From positions 2,914,001-2,978,000 of the forward strand of contig JAYWIR010000011.1 in assembly GCA_036172245.1 (NCBI GenBank): a stretch of 64,000 nt of DNA, read 5' to 3'. A program made the position numbers and the translations under genes. Shown here one piece after another: positions 13,501-23,800 of this stretch. The DNA is from Raillietiella orientalis. Taxonomy: Eukaryota. Numbering within the stretch: position 1 is the stretch's first letter; each line of letters starts with the position of its first letter. Below the pieces are notes generated by a model. The model saw only the letters and a list, made by a program, of their open reading frames with translations. It was not told the origin of the DNA and ran no database searches.

Positions 13501-14784
13501 GTATTCTACTTGCAACTTCTTCCAGCTTGGCAAATTCGATGAATTTTTCTTTTCTTTTCATTTTGGATCTTCTCCTAATCAATTAATATTGAAGGAAAAT
13601 CTTCCTTTTTTTTTTTCTCAAAGTGTATCCCAAACTCAGCGATTCTTCAGTTATATTGGTCTTGTTTAGGCTTTTGCTTCCATCTTTCAATCATTGAGGC
13701 GATTCCAAAAGCATTGCTACAGTTTGAAACATCTATGCAGAGTTATTAAAACACCAAGCATTGATTTTTAAGACTTAAACTGTTTATGTTAGCTTGGTTG
13801 AGAAAATATTTCAAGTCACTGCATTCCAAACACAAGCACGAAGTGTTACGGTGAAGAAACATTCGAATAAATGCAGCATTTTCTGCTGTGCCTGTACTTG
13901 TTTCTACGTTGATCCAGTTGCTTCTCGGCAAACAAGCAAAAAATTTCCCAGTTGTTTCATCCTAAGCAGCATCAAATAATAAGATTCTCAAATTCGTTTC
14001 GAGCTACAGAGCACATGTTGATGGTTTCCGTTAGGAAAATGTATACGCTTTAGCGCAATACTGAATTAAGAAAAGGAAAACCAACACGGAAAAGTAATTC
14101 CGGTTTCCAAGAGAAATTCTTCATTTTGTGAGAGTACGGGGGGAGGAAAAACAAGAAAAAAAGAGGCTGCTCCGTATTTCGTCACATGCTAGAACACGAC
14201 GAAAGATTTGATAAAGAAAGAAAAATTACTCCAGCAGGAACCAAAGGCTGGGAGGTGGAAAAGAATTAATGGTGACTTAGTGTGATGAGCAATCTGTGAA
14301 TTTACAAAATCACTGGCAAATGACCACGGTGACTGGATGCTCGAAATTGCATTTTATTTTCCCTACAACATTTCAAAGCAACCTGCCAAGATGACCGTAA
14401 TACTTGTACAAATTATGTACCAAGAAGAACTGTGTGCAAACCTCTGTTCTTAATAGCTTTAGTAATACTTAGTTCCAAACTCGCTTTCACGAATGTGTGA
14501 ACGAATTGGTAGATGATATTTTGATAACGACCAGTATGAGACTATCTAGAAATACTTTTAAGAGCATGCAAATATTGAAATATCTTCAAGCACGTTTTAA
14601 CATGTTTCACATTTGCCTTTCCTCCTCTCTTTGTTCTTTTCAGATCAGCGACAAAACTGAAGAAATAAGCTATCTTCGGCTGCATTGTAAAATACTTGCC
14701 AATAAAATCCAAATCCAGGAAGAAGAGCTGAAAAAATATCAGCACGAGGTGTCCAAGGGGACAAGGAGTCTTGGCTCCACATAG
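1527..14784 (+). CDS. CCDC125: Divergent coiled-coil domain-containing protein 125-like gene. Proposed exons 1527-1829 (alternative donor after 1820; frame open back to an acceptor at 1241), 8332-8480, 12430-12592, 12648-12847, 12904-13039, 14644-14748/14784 (3' end uncertain)
   Basis: All junctions are GT-AG and phase-compatible. CECNNNTLMVSCSCFKLALETQQ...KKFEDSYRVAQAYRNAFEEKL resembles vertebrate CCDC125 C..C.SCARMA...KEEAYVMADAFRIAFEQQL. IVDL|ISDKTEEISYLR resembles LIDLLNDKEEALAHQR, and N-terminal DEWDLGLGL resembles EGDLGYGLG. The 12.6-14.7 kb exons are well supported; linkage of the first two exons is weaker. Confidence 0.65.
1920..3960 (+). mobile_element. Highly degenerate L1/Tx1-like non-LTR retrotransposon, ORF2 3' half
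   Basis: Frameshifted remnants in the expected order: VRERLVVW (I..RL..W), RGKAKSVLVSS (GR..L..SVL.S), RLYASVDAGGLD (LY.P...GGLG), then a C-terminal LFLLLWE segment. Confidence 0.45.
4050..5300 (-). mobile_element. Degenerate gag-like ORF1 of a non-LTR retroelement
   Basis: Coiled-coil-like ETLRAENALLKGVVAMEEEERQLE near 5250 and a decayed zinc-knuckle-like LCFLWQ near 4240; broken frames. Confidence 0.3.
5980..6222. repeat. Purine-rich (GA) low-complexity tract
   Basis: About 240 nt of almost pure A/G on the + strand (gaggaagagg-type units). Confidence 0.9.
6350..6590. repeat. Pyrimidine-rich (CT) low-complexity tract
   Basis: CT/TC runs dominate the + strand, including (TC)n stretches. 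Confidence 0.75.
6900..8150 (-). mobile_element. Degenerate R1-like non-LTR retrotransposon, 3' part of ORF2
   Basis: SSLGDAASLL (S.L.YAA.VW), RVLSDASETVRNPRDVVLGISPME (RV..AYRTVS..A..VL.G..P), LNARWKEATNAVPPTH (W..RW.....G..TH) and QSCA..EVDHFVTFAP (C....E...H....CP), all in the correct order. Confidence 0.6.
8210..8238. repeat. (TCT)n microsatellite
   Basis: About nine tandem TCT units. Confidence 0.9.
9050..11060 (-). mobile_element. Degenerate Ty3/Gypsy LTR-retrotransposon pol (RT, RNase H, integrase); no LTRs recognised
   Basis: Gypsy domain order across frameshifts: MSSGL (MPFGL), KCSSFSPEAHLLELLVS (KC.F.....LG..VS), PPVLTHPQW (APVL.HPD), VILQDKG..REPSYESR (VL.Q..G..PVAY.SR), HLSRRRFFSSIRTRDAW (integrase Zn-binding H.G..R....R.R..W), EIPTDTGS (I.TDNG). 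Confidence 0.75.
11073..11334. mobile_element. 262-bp non-autonomous hAT (Charlie-like) MITE
   Basis: 15-bp terminal inverted repeats CAGCGTTTCCCAAAC / GTTTGGGAGACGCTG (14/15 match). Flanking direct repeat CGTAGGG at 11066-11072 and 11335-11341 (the left 8-mer ACGTAGGG has a central TA). Subterminal TGTTCCGCG-type repeats and an AT-rich core. Confidence 0.9.
11937..12180 (-). pseudogene. Disabled two-exon fragment of a RIMS-binding protein (RIM-BP/Rbp) gene covering the start of SH3 domain 1
   Basis: Exon A (12180-~12100) reads LPEATDLQCKINILEVP, frameshift, GRCYVY. Exon B (12039-11937) reads YSYDPLLHSPNENPETKLRLN*GDFILVWREMDE, resembling RIM-BP ARYSYxP...PNENPEAEL....G.Y..V.G.MDE. Both acceptors have polypyrimidine tracts and exon B has a GTAACC donor. 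In-frame TAG at 11973-11975; the exon A donor is lost. Confidence 0.85.
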
Positions 14785-15099
14785 GATTGTCTTTCAGTTT
14801 AATCGAAATCATAGAAGTTGTACTTTTTGACAGAGTTGAGATGAAACGAGCTGTAAGTTCTTGAGTTTTAGGTGTAGTGAAACACAGAATAAATTAAATT
14901 CGATTAAGTGGATGTTCTCACTTAATGATTGCTTCAAGAAAAGATGAGCTGCGAATATCTTGCGGTGGACTAAGCACGAAAAGCTGTAAGAAAGCAGATG
15001 CAGAAAGATTTACTACATAATACGTATTTATTATTCGCTCTGATCAAGAGATTTATTGACGTATAAGTTCAGCAATCTGCTGTCAGAATGAAAAACGTT

Positions 15100-17650
15100 T
15101 AACACACCAACACAACAAAAAAAAATCAAAAATCTTTGACTTTTAAAATGGGTCAAAACACGGATTAATGTACAACGTCCATTCTTGAATGTGGGAAAAC
15201 TTAGCTGGGATTTTCCAGCTTCCTGAGCCAAATGTACTTCCAAGTGAAAAGAATGCCTATTGTATTAGTTTTTCCTTCAAAAACTCGCCTTCTTCCCCTA
15301 TTAGTCTTTCAGATATCTCAGCGAGGCTGTTGGAGGGTTTGGAGGTCTGCATTCCAAGTCGCGATGCGAGATGTTCGATTCGATGCCATTTACATGAAAG
15401 ACAAAGCAACCACATGCTGACAGCTGTCTTTGCTGGTATAAAACTTGCATATAGAAGAATCGTGGTCTTCCAGATCTTTGAAAGTATTTGTGCTTTGAAG
15501 ATATGATGGTTTATAATAATCCGTCCCAATAAAACTGGTAGTGGTGATTCAGAGCGCATTATGGACTCATCTGTTTTGAGTGGGCTTTATGCATACTGAT
15601 CATTAGCTATTGGCTTTAATGTCACAACAAAATTAGTGGATTTCGAAAAGATGGAAAAACGAGCAATATGATGGAGGTTGAGCTTCACCCGCAAGGAAGC
15701 TTGAAGGGATTTACTCATTTCCAGAAGAATAACATGACGCAGTAGGGTATCTGCGTGAACGCTCGCTGTGCGACCTCTGACATCCACTGATCTGACGTAT
15801 ACAAAACGGGGAATCGTTGCAGCTTATCTTCCCAGATCTTTCGATAGTCTGCAGTTCAGCGTGTTCGCGAGGATCGAATCTTCAAGAGCAGTTTTCAATA
15901 GATCCTTCAAAATTACTGGTTGGGAATCGTAGGGGCTGAGACAAGTGCCCGTGGAGAAGGATCTCCTTGGAATTGAACTTGGTGAATACAAGATGTGCCA
16001 AGTGTTTGATGAAAATGGCTTTGGCTTCATTAAATCCTGGTATTCCGAAATAAAGGCAGGGATCTAGGGTGAATTATACATACTGTTCCTCTAGCAATCC
16101 CAGTGCAACCGAAGAAAGGTTCCACATTCCAAAAAGAAAATAAATACGATGCAGAAAACCTCCCAAATATATTGTAGAACCATTTCTCTTTCAAAATGCC
16201 AGCCCCAGTAAGTAATTTCGCACTTATAAATGCTGGAAACGCACAGTTGACTTGAATGAGAGCATCGAGTTTTTGCTGGAGAGAGAATCAGAGACTCATG
16301 CAATATTAATGGTCATCGGCTGGACTGGCATCTATAAGAAACAGAACCTCATTCTTTCTGACCATTGTTCTAATGATTGATTGAATTGGTGTGAGGAACA
16401 GAGATAAAATGTTTCTTTTATGGGGAAACCTTGGATGTAATCGATCAGTTGGTTAGGGACCTAAAGTGCTGCTGCACTCTGAAATTACTGGAATTGAACC
16501 CATTTCGACAGTTGTATGGGTTTGTTTTCCTTCAAAGGGTGTTAGGTGTTTTATGTGCTCCATTTAGATATAGTCTAGATATCCTTCCTTCCTTGCTATT
16601 TTCCGTCCATAAAGGCAGTGCCTTTAAATACAGCTTTTTAAGTGTAAGTTGTCAATTCGTTATGGTCACTTACATTTCTACACCTTCATCTCCTCTTCCC
16701 GACTTGCAAAAATTCTTTAATAACTTGAATAATGACAGCTGCAGTGACTCCTCAATCTACATGTGCATTTGGTATCCCGGCCATGTCAGAATTTCCCATT
16801 TCCAGTGGTGTGAGTTAGAGTGCTAGGGCACTTTCCGCAAGATTTTAGACGACAGAGAATATAAAGTACTGCCTGCTTCGCTGTGCCTTCTTCTCAAATG
16901 AAACTCATATGCAAGGTCCAGATGCCTCCGGAGTAACTCCCTCGGTTTCACTTCTGGAGAGCACTTTGCGATATTCTTGAACCAGCTGTGGAAACAGCTT
17001 GCAAATATGAGAATTCCTGCAATCTGTCTTACAAATCATGCACTATGAGCTATCTTTCAGTGTGATGATTCGTTTCATCATTTTAAGAGCCAGACTGCGT
17101 CTGTCTTAACTACCTCTCAAATCACAATCTCCTCTTGTAATTTTTATATGTTGCTTACTGGATTTAGAAGCATCTTTCTAAACATATTTTTGTCCTTTTT
17201 AAAACTTTTCTACTTTTTGTCTTTCTTGGCAACAGTCCTTCTTCCTAGATTGGATTGGAAAGGAGACCAACCTTTGCTTCCTATTCGAAGGTAAAATCTG
17301 TCGTTTGTTGCCACAGACTTAGCTCGATCTGAATAGATCTTTGAGCTTTTGCACTGAGCACGCTCTTCATTCCAGCCAGGTTATCATCCTTTTTAGGAAT
17401 TGTGCTTACAAGAATCCTTGGTATGGGCTCTCCTCGAAGCTCCCTGTTGCCTGTTTGAACTCTGGCCACGTAACAGTGAGCTTTTTTAGAAGAGGATCTG
17501 AGAACTCACTTCTATGAGATGGACTTCATTGTAAACACACCAAACAGTACCCACATCTGATTGAATTGCATTAAGAGTTCATAATACATTCGTGTTTCCC
17601 ATGGGAACTGAGGTGCCCTTCCATGAAATAAAGCTTACATCTGAGGTCTA
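15100..17650 (-). mobile_element. Highly degenerate L1/Tx1-like ORF2 fossil (endonuclease end, RT, C-terminus)
   Basis: TLNAIQSDV (endonuclease SDH region) near 17560, RIITLKDSS, ISRLYLNG, IQGFPI (QG.P) near 16430 and ASPADD (YADD) near 16320, with many stops. Confidence 0.55.
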
Positions 17651-18379
17651 CTTCGTGAAAACCAAAACCTTTCATATGAATCTAATTATCATGATATCGC
17701 TTCTCTTGGATTTGGAAATTTAACTTTTTGGTTATAGCTAAAAATCAAGTTAAAACATGATTCTTTTTTTCTCGTGATAGTTTCTATATTTTGTCTGTAA
17801 CTTTTTCTTTGCTGGTATGTCATGTTCATTATTCGTCATGATATGTGTAGTAATGTTCAGATTGTCCAACAGGCTCTCTTTGTATTATTATGTGCATATC
17901 CTATTAACTCTTCGTTACCGCAAAGAAACGATCGTATAAAGTCAAACTGAATAACTGTTATGAAGTAGTTTATCATTTACCCTTGTTTTGACTTATTTCA
18001 CTCTATTTGATGGTTGAAAATGTCTATTTTTAGAAAAGATCTTTGCACTATCTTTACAATCCCGTAATTCTGTTACACCATTAAAAACATACTCCTTCTC
18101 TTTTAGGCTATATTTCAAACTTCGTGTTTCATTTGCAATTTAAAAGAGATATTGCTGCAAAGAGCATGAACGTGCTCTGGCAACATTTTACAATCCATCT
18201 ATGCTTCCTATTAGCAGGTGCATGCTACTAAGTGGAGTGAGTTAAAAAGAGGAAGTGGCTATTCATTAAGGAAACGTCCTCCACTTTCTTATTCTTCACT
18301 TGCCAAGACAACGTCACATCCAAGGATTGCTCCATTGTGCCCGATTCCTCAAGACGCATTGGAGAGATAGAAACATCAT

Positions 18380-20150
18380 TAGGTGGGTGTCCTCGAAAGT
18401 GGATCCAGCAAATATCATTACTACATCGGAAGTTTTAGGAAACCATAAGATGTCTCATTTTTCTCTCATGCAGTCGCAGGAAACCAAGATTACTCAGAAC
18501 TGCATCTTTCCTGGGATTTCAAGATCCCAGAGAGCAAACAGTAACGGCAAGTATCGTCGACTGTGAAATTGCCTGCGATCATTGTCAGGCAATCTGCACA
18601 TTTTGGCTCCTTTTCCTCCCATGACATGCCAAATGCCTATTCATCATCTTCAAATAAATAGGAGGCATTTAGCATTATGGATCGGTTGCTTTTGTGCAGA
18701 ACCAAATCCGGCCGCACGTAAGAGTCAACGACAGGGACTTCTTGGTTTACCGACAGCAACTTTCTCTTTCCTGTTGCCATCGCTGCATTTTCCAGCCTCT
18801 CAAGGTGCCATTCTGGGTATAGGAGAGAATTCCTCCTATACCCAGAATTCCTCATACCGTGATTTAATATATGAAGTGGGGTCCTGTTCCATGTAACACA
18901 ACACCAGGAGGAGCGGCCTTCTTTCCTGGTCGCTCTTCGTGTCGGGAGGAGATTGCATGGAGCAATCGGTGATCGGCAAATCTCAAATAGTCGCCAGGTG
19001 TAAAAAAAAAAGAAAGAAAGAAAGAAAGAAAGGCGAAGAGCAATGAAGAAGCTCTTCTGAGCACATGGATCCCTTGATCCAGGTGATCATTAACAAGGCG
19101 ATTTCTCTGAGAAGCACACGAATTCGACTCCAACTTCTCACGGTAGCATCGAAGGTGACTCTTTCAAAGTTAAGTCCGAGTTCACCTCTACGAAACTCCC
19201 ACACAGCACCAGTACGAGCTGATGCTCCTCGTTGCATAGTCCAAATGCTCCTGATGTCCCCATTGGTTTACGCAAATTTGCCCGACGTTTTTCCGGACGC
19301 GAACCTTGGGAGATTCTCATCTGAAGACGATTAAAAAAACTTTAGTACCACATCTCGGATAGTTTCCCCGTCATAGGTAACGACCTATGACCGGAGAGTT
19401 GGGCGAGGTCGACAGCTCAGAAAAGCTGTCCACGATGATGGTGTCGGCTTCATAGGACAGACCCGAACCGCTTTTCTGCCTCTCCCCATACACGCATTCA
19501 TTAGCTGCTGTAGCTAGCAAATGGGGCATCTTCTTTACCATCCGCATATTTCTAATCAGTTTTGGCATGTTTTCCCATCCTTTGAAAGTGTATCAGGTTG
19601 GAAAAACAGAAGGTCTTTGGAGCGTCGATCTTCTGGCAAGCCAAAACTATTATTCACGATCAAATCAGTCTTGGACAGAATGGCATCCTTCGTTGGATAA
19701 AGAAGAATAAAGATTTCGTTCGATTCCGAATGGCTTCCCAAGATATTTGTACGCTTCTGATATTTCAGAACTCGAAATGTCTTCATTGTCAGCCTTAAGC
19801 GTATTGGATCTCAGACTTCTGGGTGTCTTGGCACACAAAAGCGTGGATGGTGCATCCATCCCTTACAGGCAGATCTTGAAAAAACGCACAAGAGAGTGCT
19901 CAAATCATCTTCTGAATCAGCAAGGACGACGAGTTATCGGCGCGGTCCAGCATGACGCCTTCTCCGCGAAGCTGTCGCATCTTCCTCCGGGTGGTGGACC
20001 CCGTCGCACAATCCCTAAAAGAAACGTCCACATTTAGTCCCAGAGAGCTTGCATTTCCTGTATCTTGGACTGTACAGTAGCCTCCTTCAGGCAACTGGAA
20101 AACAACATCAGGAAGAAATTCTTGTAAGAACCGTTTATGTGGGAAGTACT
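18380..20150 (-). mobile_element. 5'-truncated degenerate RLE-type non-LTR retrotransposon, NeSL/Utopia-like
   Basis: LGLNV...DCAT, YKYLGKPFG (RT domain 7), AANECVYGERQKSGSG..ADTIIVDSFSELSTS, DQG, GDYLRFADHRLLH (G..TRFADWRFIH) and VNQEVPVVDSYVRPDLVL...LFED (restriction-like endonuclease PD motif). Confidence 0.85.
18810..18848. repeat. Perfect 16-bp inverted repeat, 7-nt spacer
   Basis: ATTCTGGGTATAGGAG (18810-18825) / CTCCTATACCCAGAAT (18833-18848). Confidence 0.95.
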
Positions 20151-20640
20151 TCATTGCGAACGTACAAATTCGTCTTGGAATTTTTGCCTCGTTGACCAGT
20201 TTGGTTAACGACCGGTTGTCAGAAGTGCAGTTTTGGGATTGGGATGTAACGTCTGTACAGTCAAGTGTCTTTACAATACTTTACAAGACCAACACGTATA
20301 TGTGCAATACAGCCCTCGTACTGGTGAAGCTCTGCACGTATCGATTGCACGTTTGTTTTCCAGCTCCGCATGTGTGTTCTGTTTGTTTCGATTACCACAA
20401 ATGCTGGATCTCGGCACTTTTTACACCGTCATGTGAAAGCAGGTTTTGCTAATTCATTTAAAAACATGTGAATCTTTGTTCACTTTTGCAGTGTATGTAT
20501 GGTTCAATTCACTAGTGTGTTCCCGCACCGCACGGAACCATTTTTCAACGAAGCACATTAGTCGGTAACCTGGGCAAACTGAATCATGCCAAAAAAAAGA
20601 CACTTTTTTTTTGGATTCATGCGCAAATACTAGATAGATG
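20150..20640 (+). promoter_or_regulatory. Probable OGDH promoter / 5' UTR region
   Basis: CpG-retaining segment just upstream of the CpG-poor OGDH gene body; no TSS can be assigned. Confidence 0.3.
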
Positions 20641-20830
20641 TGTGTGTATTAAATGCCATGTTTAGATAGTAAAAGTGAAACGTTGTGATTCGGTACACCA
20701 ACAAGTAGATATGTAAATGTATGTGTTGAAGTACATTCAATAATTTCAGATCTAAAAGAAGAATACAATTGAGTCATTTTCACTTTTTTAGAATACAGAA
20801 GGCAAAAGTATTTAACAAAATTTTTACACC

Positions 20831-23800
20831 ATGTATAGAGTGTATTCAATAATGAGAACTCCTATTTTTCTGAAAAACCATGGCATTGGATCAAAATGCC
20901 CAAAGAAAAATTATTTGCATCTCAGTGCAGTTTCTTATCAAGAAACATCAGCCAAAGAAGTAGTGAAAGAACCATTTCTTAGTGGTAGCAGCACAACATA
21001 TATTGAGGAAATGTATAATGCATGGCTGAAAGATCCCAAAAGTGTTCATAAGGTTTGATTATTGTTATAGTGGAAATAAAAAACAAGTTTATGCATGCTT
21101 AATTTCAGTATTGAAAATGTTTCCTCCAGATTAACTTTGCTATGAGATAACAAAGCCAATCTTTCATTTGATTTCATTGAGAAAAAAAACTTGAATTTGC
21201 AAGTAGTTCAGAAGATATTCGAATCATCATTTTTTATTGTTTTATGTATCAATCCTTAAAAATGTGTTTCTTGTATCATTTATGAATGCTTGTTTCACCT
21301 AAATGGAAGCATTTAATGAAACTATCAAACTGCATTCGTATAGGCATTCTATTAGAACTTTTTTCAGTCCTGGGATGCATTTTTTCGTAGCACATCAGTT
21401 GGAGCAAAGCCTGGTATGGCATACCAAGCTCCTCCAAATCTTTTTTCTGTGGCCACTATCCCAGCAGTTACCTCAGAGACTCAGGTGTTATATCCTTCTT
21501 CAGAACCAACAACTATGAATGATAAAATTATTGATGATCATCAGGCCATTCAAGCTATCATTCGATCTTATCAGGTAGTGTTTGATCTTCCATCCACAAT
21601 TAAGTATTGCAAATGTTTTTTTCACATGTCTTAAATTGGATTACTTGTATTATAAATCAGTACCTAGTTTAGTTTTTGCTCTTTTATATCCATTCATTCA
21701 AGGTAATATTTTTCTAGTAGATATTCTCTAATATGAAATGTAATATTCATTAAAGAATATCTACTAGAAAAATATTTAGTGATGATATTGACATTTGTAT
21801 CATGATATTTTATAGACCCGGGGTCATCATTTTGCTACCCTTGATCCTCTGAATATTAGTCGACCCAGTTTGGTAACAGATTTTGCTAAAGTTGATCCTA
21901 TTCATAGCAAGAGATTTGGTAAGTCTTAATTGTTTATAAATGTGCTTAGTTTCCCAATCCAAACTTTTATGCATCTGGAGTGAACACACAAAAATGATTA
22001 TTGCTAACCATTTGGAATGGAATCAAACCATGTTGATTTTCTTTTGTTTTTTTTTTAATCTATAAAATTAAACACATATCAACTTAAAAGCATTAGAAGT
22101 ATGATCTGATCTGTCACCAGGCAACATGCATTCCTCTGTCGAATGTAGGGATTCGTAATGTATTTTTGGCATGAAAGAAGTTAAATCTTGCTAAACAGGC
22201 ACAAAAGATCAGTTCAGCACTTGCATTCAGAAATTTGAAAAAGGAACAGCTCGGATAAGAATGAAATTTGAAAGAAAATATGAAGCCTCGAATAAAAGAT
22301 CAGTCTTATAGAATAAAATGAGACTGTTCCAGATAATTGTCCTATTTTTATGAACTTGCTAATGTTCTTGCTTTTCAGCCAGTTTCACCTTCTAAACTTT
22401 TTTAAGGTTTCAGTATTCATTTAAGTCCACATTAAAAAAATGCCATCTGCATTTGTTCACGATAAGTAATTTAACTCGGTTAAGTACTTTGGTACTTTGG
22501 TAGTCTGGTTTTGTAGGAAAATAATCACATGCAAAAAGTTACGTGGCATTTATTTATTAAAGTGTGTTTCTGTTTTTTCCACTGAGTTTCAGATTATGTA
22601 GTTGTTACAAACCACAGCCATACCAGAGCTTTCCAGATGTGTTATATATGTTAATAATTCCATTTTTTTTGTATCTGTTGGGAGTCTTTTCTTTAGAAGA
22701 GGAAGATTTGGATCGATTGTTCAAACTTCCACCCACCACCCACATTGGAGGTGAACAAAAGTACCTTTCCTTGAGAGAAATTTTGTTCCGGCTAGAAGAA
22801 ACATACTGTCGCAATATTGGTTTGGAATATATGTTCATTAACGTTCTCGAGCAGTGTAATTGGATTCGGGAACGGTTTGAAACACCTGGATCTGGTGTTC
22901 TTTCTGTTGATCAGAAACTTCTGATAATGACACGTTTAGCAAGGGCAGCAGGGTATGTTTGTGCATTTTTCCAACAATGATTTTGTCTTTTTCTAATCAA
23001 CAGCTTTGAATCCTTTTTGGCCAAAAAATGGTCTTCTGAGAAGAGATTTGGAATTGAAGGATGTGAAATGTTAATTCCTGCCATGAAGCAGATCATTGAT
23101 CAAGCTTCAAGTCAAGGAGTGGAAATCATAATAATGGGTATGCCCCATCGAGGGCGACTAAATGTTTTGGCTAATGTGTGTCGTAAACCACTGCAACAGT
23201 TGTTCACACAATTCTCATCTTTGGAAGCAGTAGAAGAGGCAAGTAAAAGACATGCTAATGTGAAAGGACTTACAGCAATCATAATTACTAGGGATCAGGA
23301 GATGTCAAGTATCATTTGGGTACATACATTGAAAGGATGAATAGGAAAACAAACAGGAGTATTGCAATGGCTGTAGTGGCAAATCCTTCACATCTAGAAG
23401 CTGTGGACCCTGTAGTACAAGGTCGTACACGCGCTGAACAATTTTTCCGTGGTGATAATGAAGGAAGAAAGGTTAGGGAAATTGTTTCATTTGCTGAAGA
23501 TTGATGGAAGTATATCTCTAGGTCATGTCTATTCTCTTACATGGAGATGCAGCTTTCTCAGGCCAAGGAGTAGTATATGAGACATTTCATCTTTCTGATC
23601 TGCCTGATTACACTACACGAGGTACAATTCATATTGTTGTGAATAACCAGATTGGATTTACTACTGATCCACGCCACTTAAGATCATCACCTTATTGCAC
23701 TGGTGAACATGAGCATATTTATGATCTGTCGCAATGGATGATGTGTTTTCAGTGCAGATGTGGCACGAGTTGTCAATGCTCCCATATTTCATGTGAATGC

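Noticed and set aside
13160..13740. Apparent minus-strand exon chain upstream of the RIM-BP fragment
   Set aside because: No RIM-BP or other recognisable similarity, and it needs weak donors and contains a stop.
15100..17650. Possible endogenous RNA-virus polymerase
   Set aside because: The residual motifs (endonuclease end, QG.P, ADD) fit a LINE reverse transcriptase better.
17696..17750. ATCGCTTCTC...GCTAAAAATCAAGT resembling the U2 snRNA 5' end near the Utopia-like relic
   Set aside because: Only 10 contiguous bases match, the spacing is wrong, it is on the opposite strand to the element and ~600 bp away.
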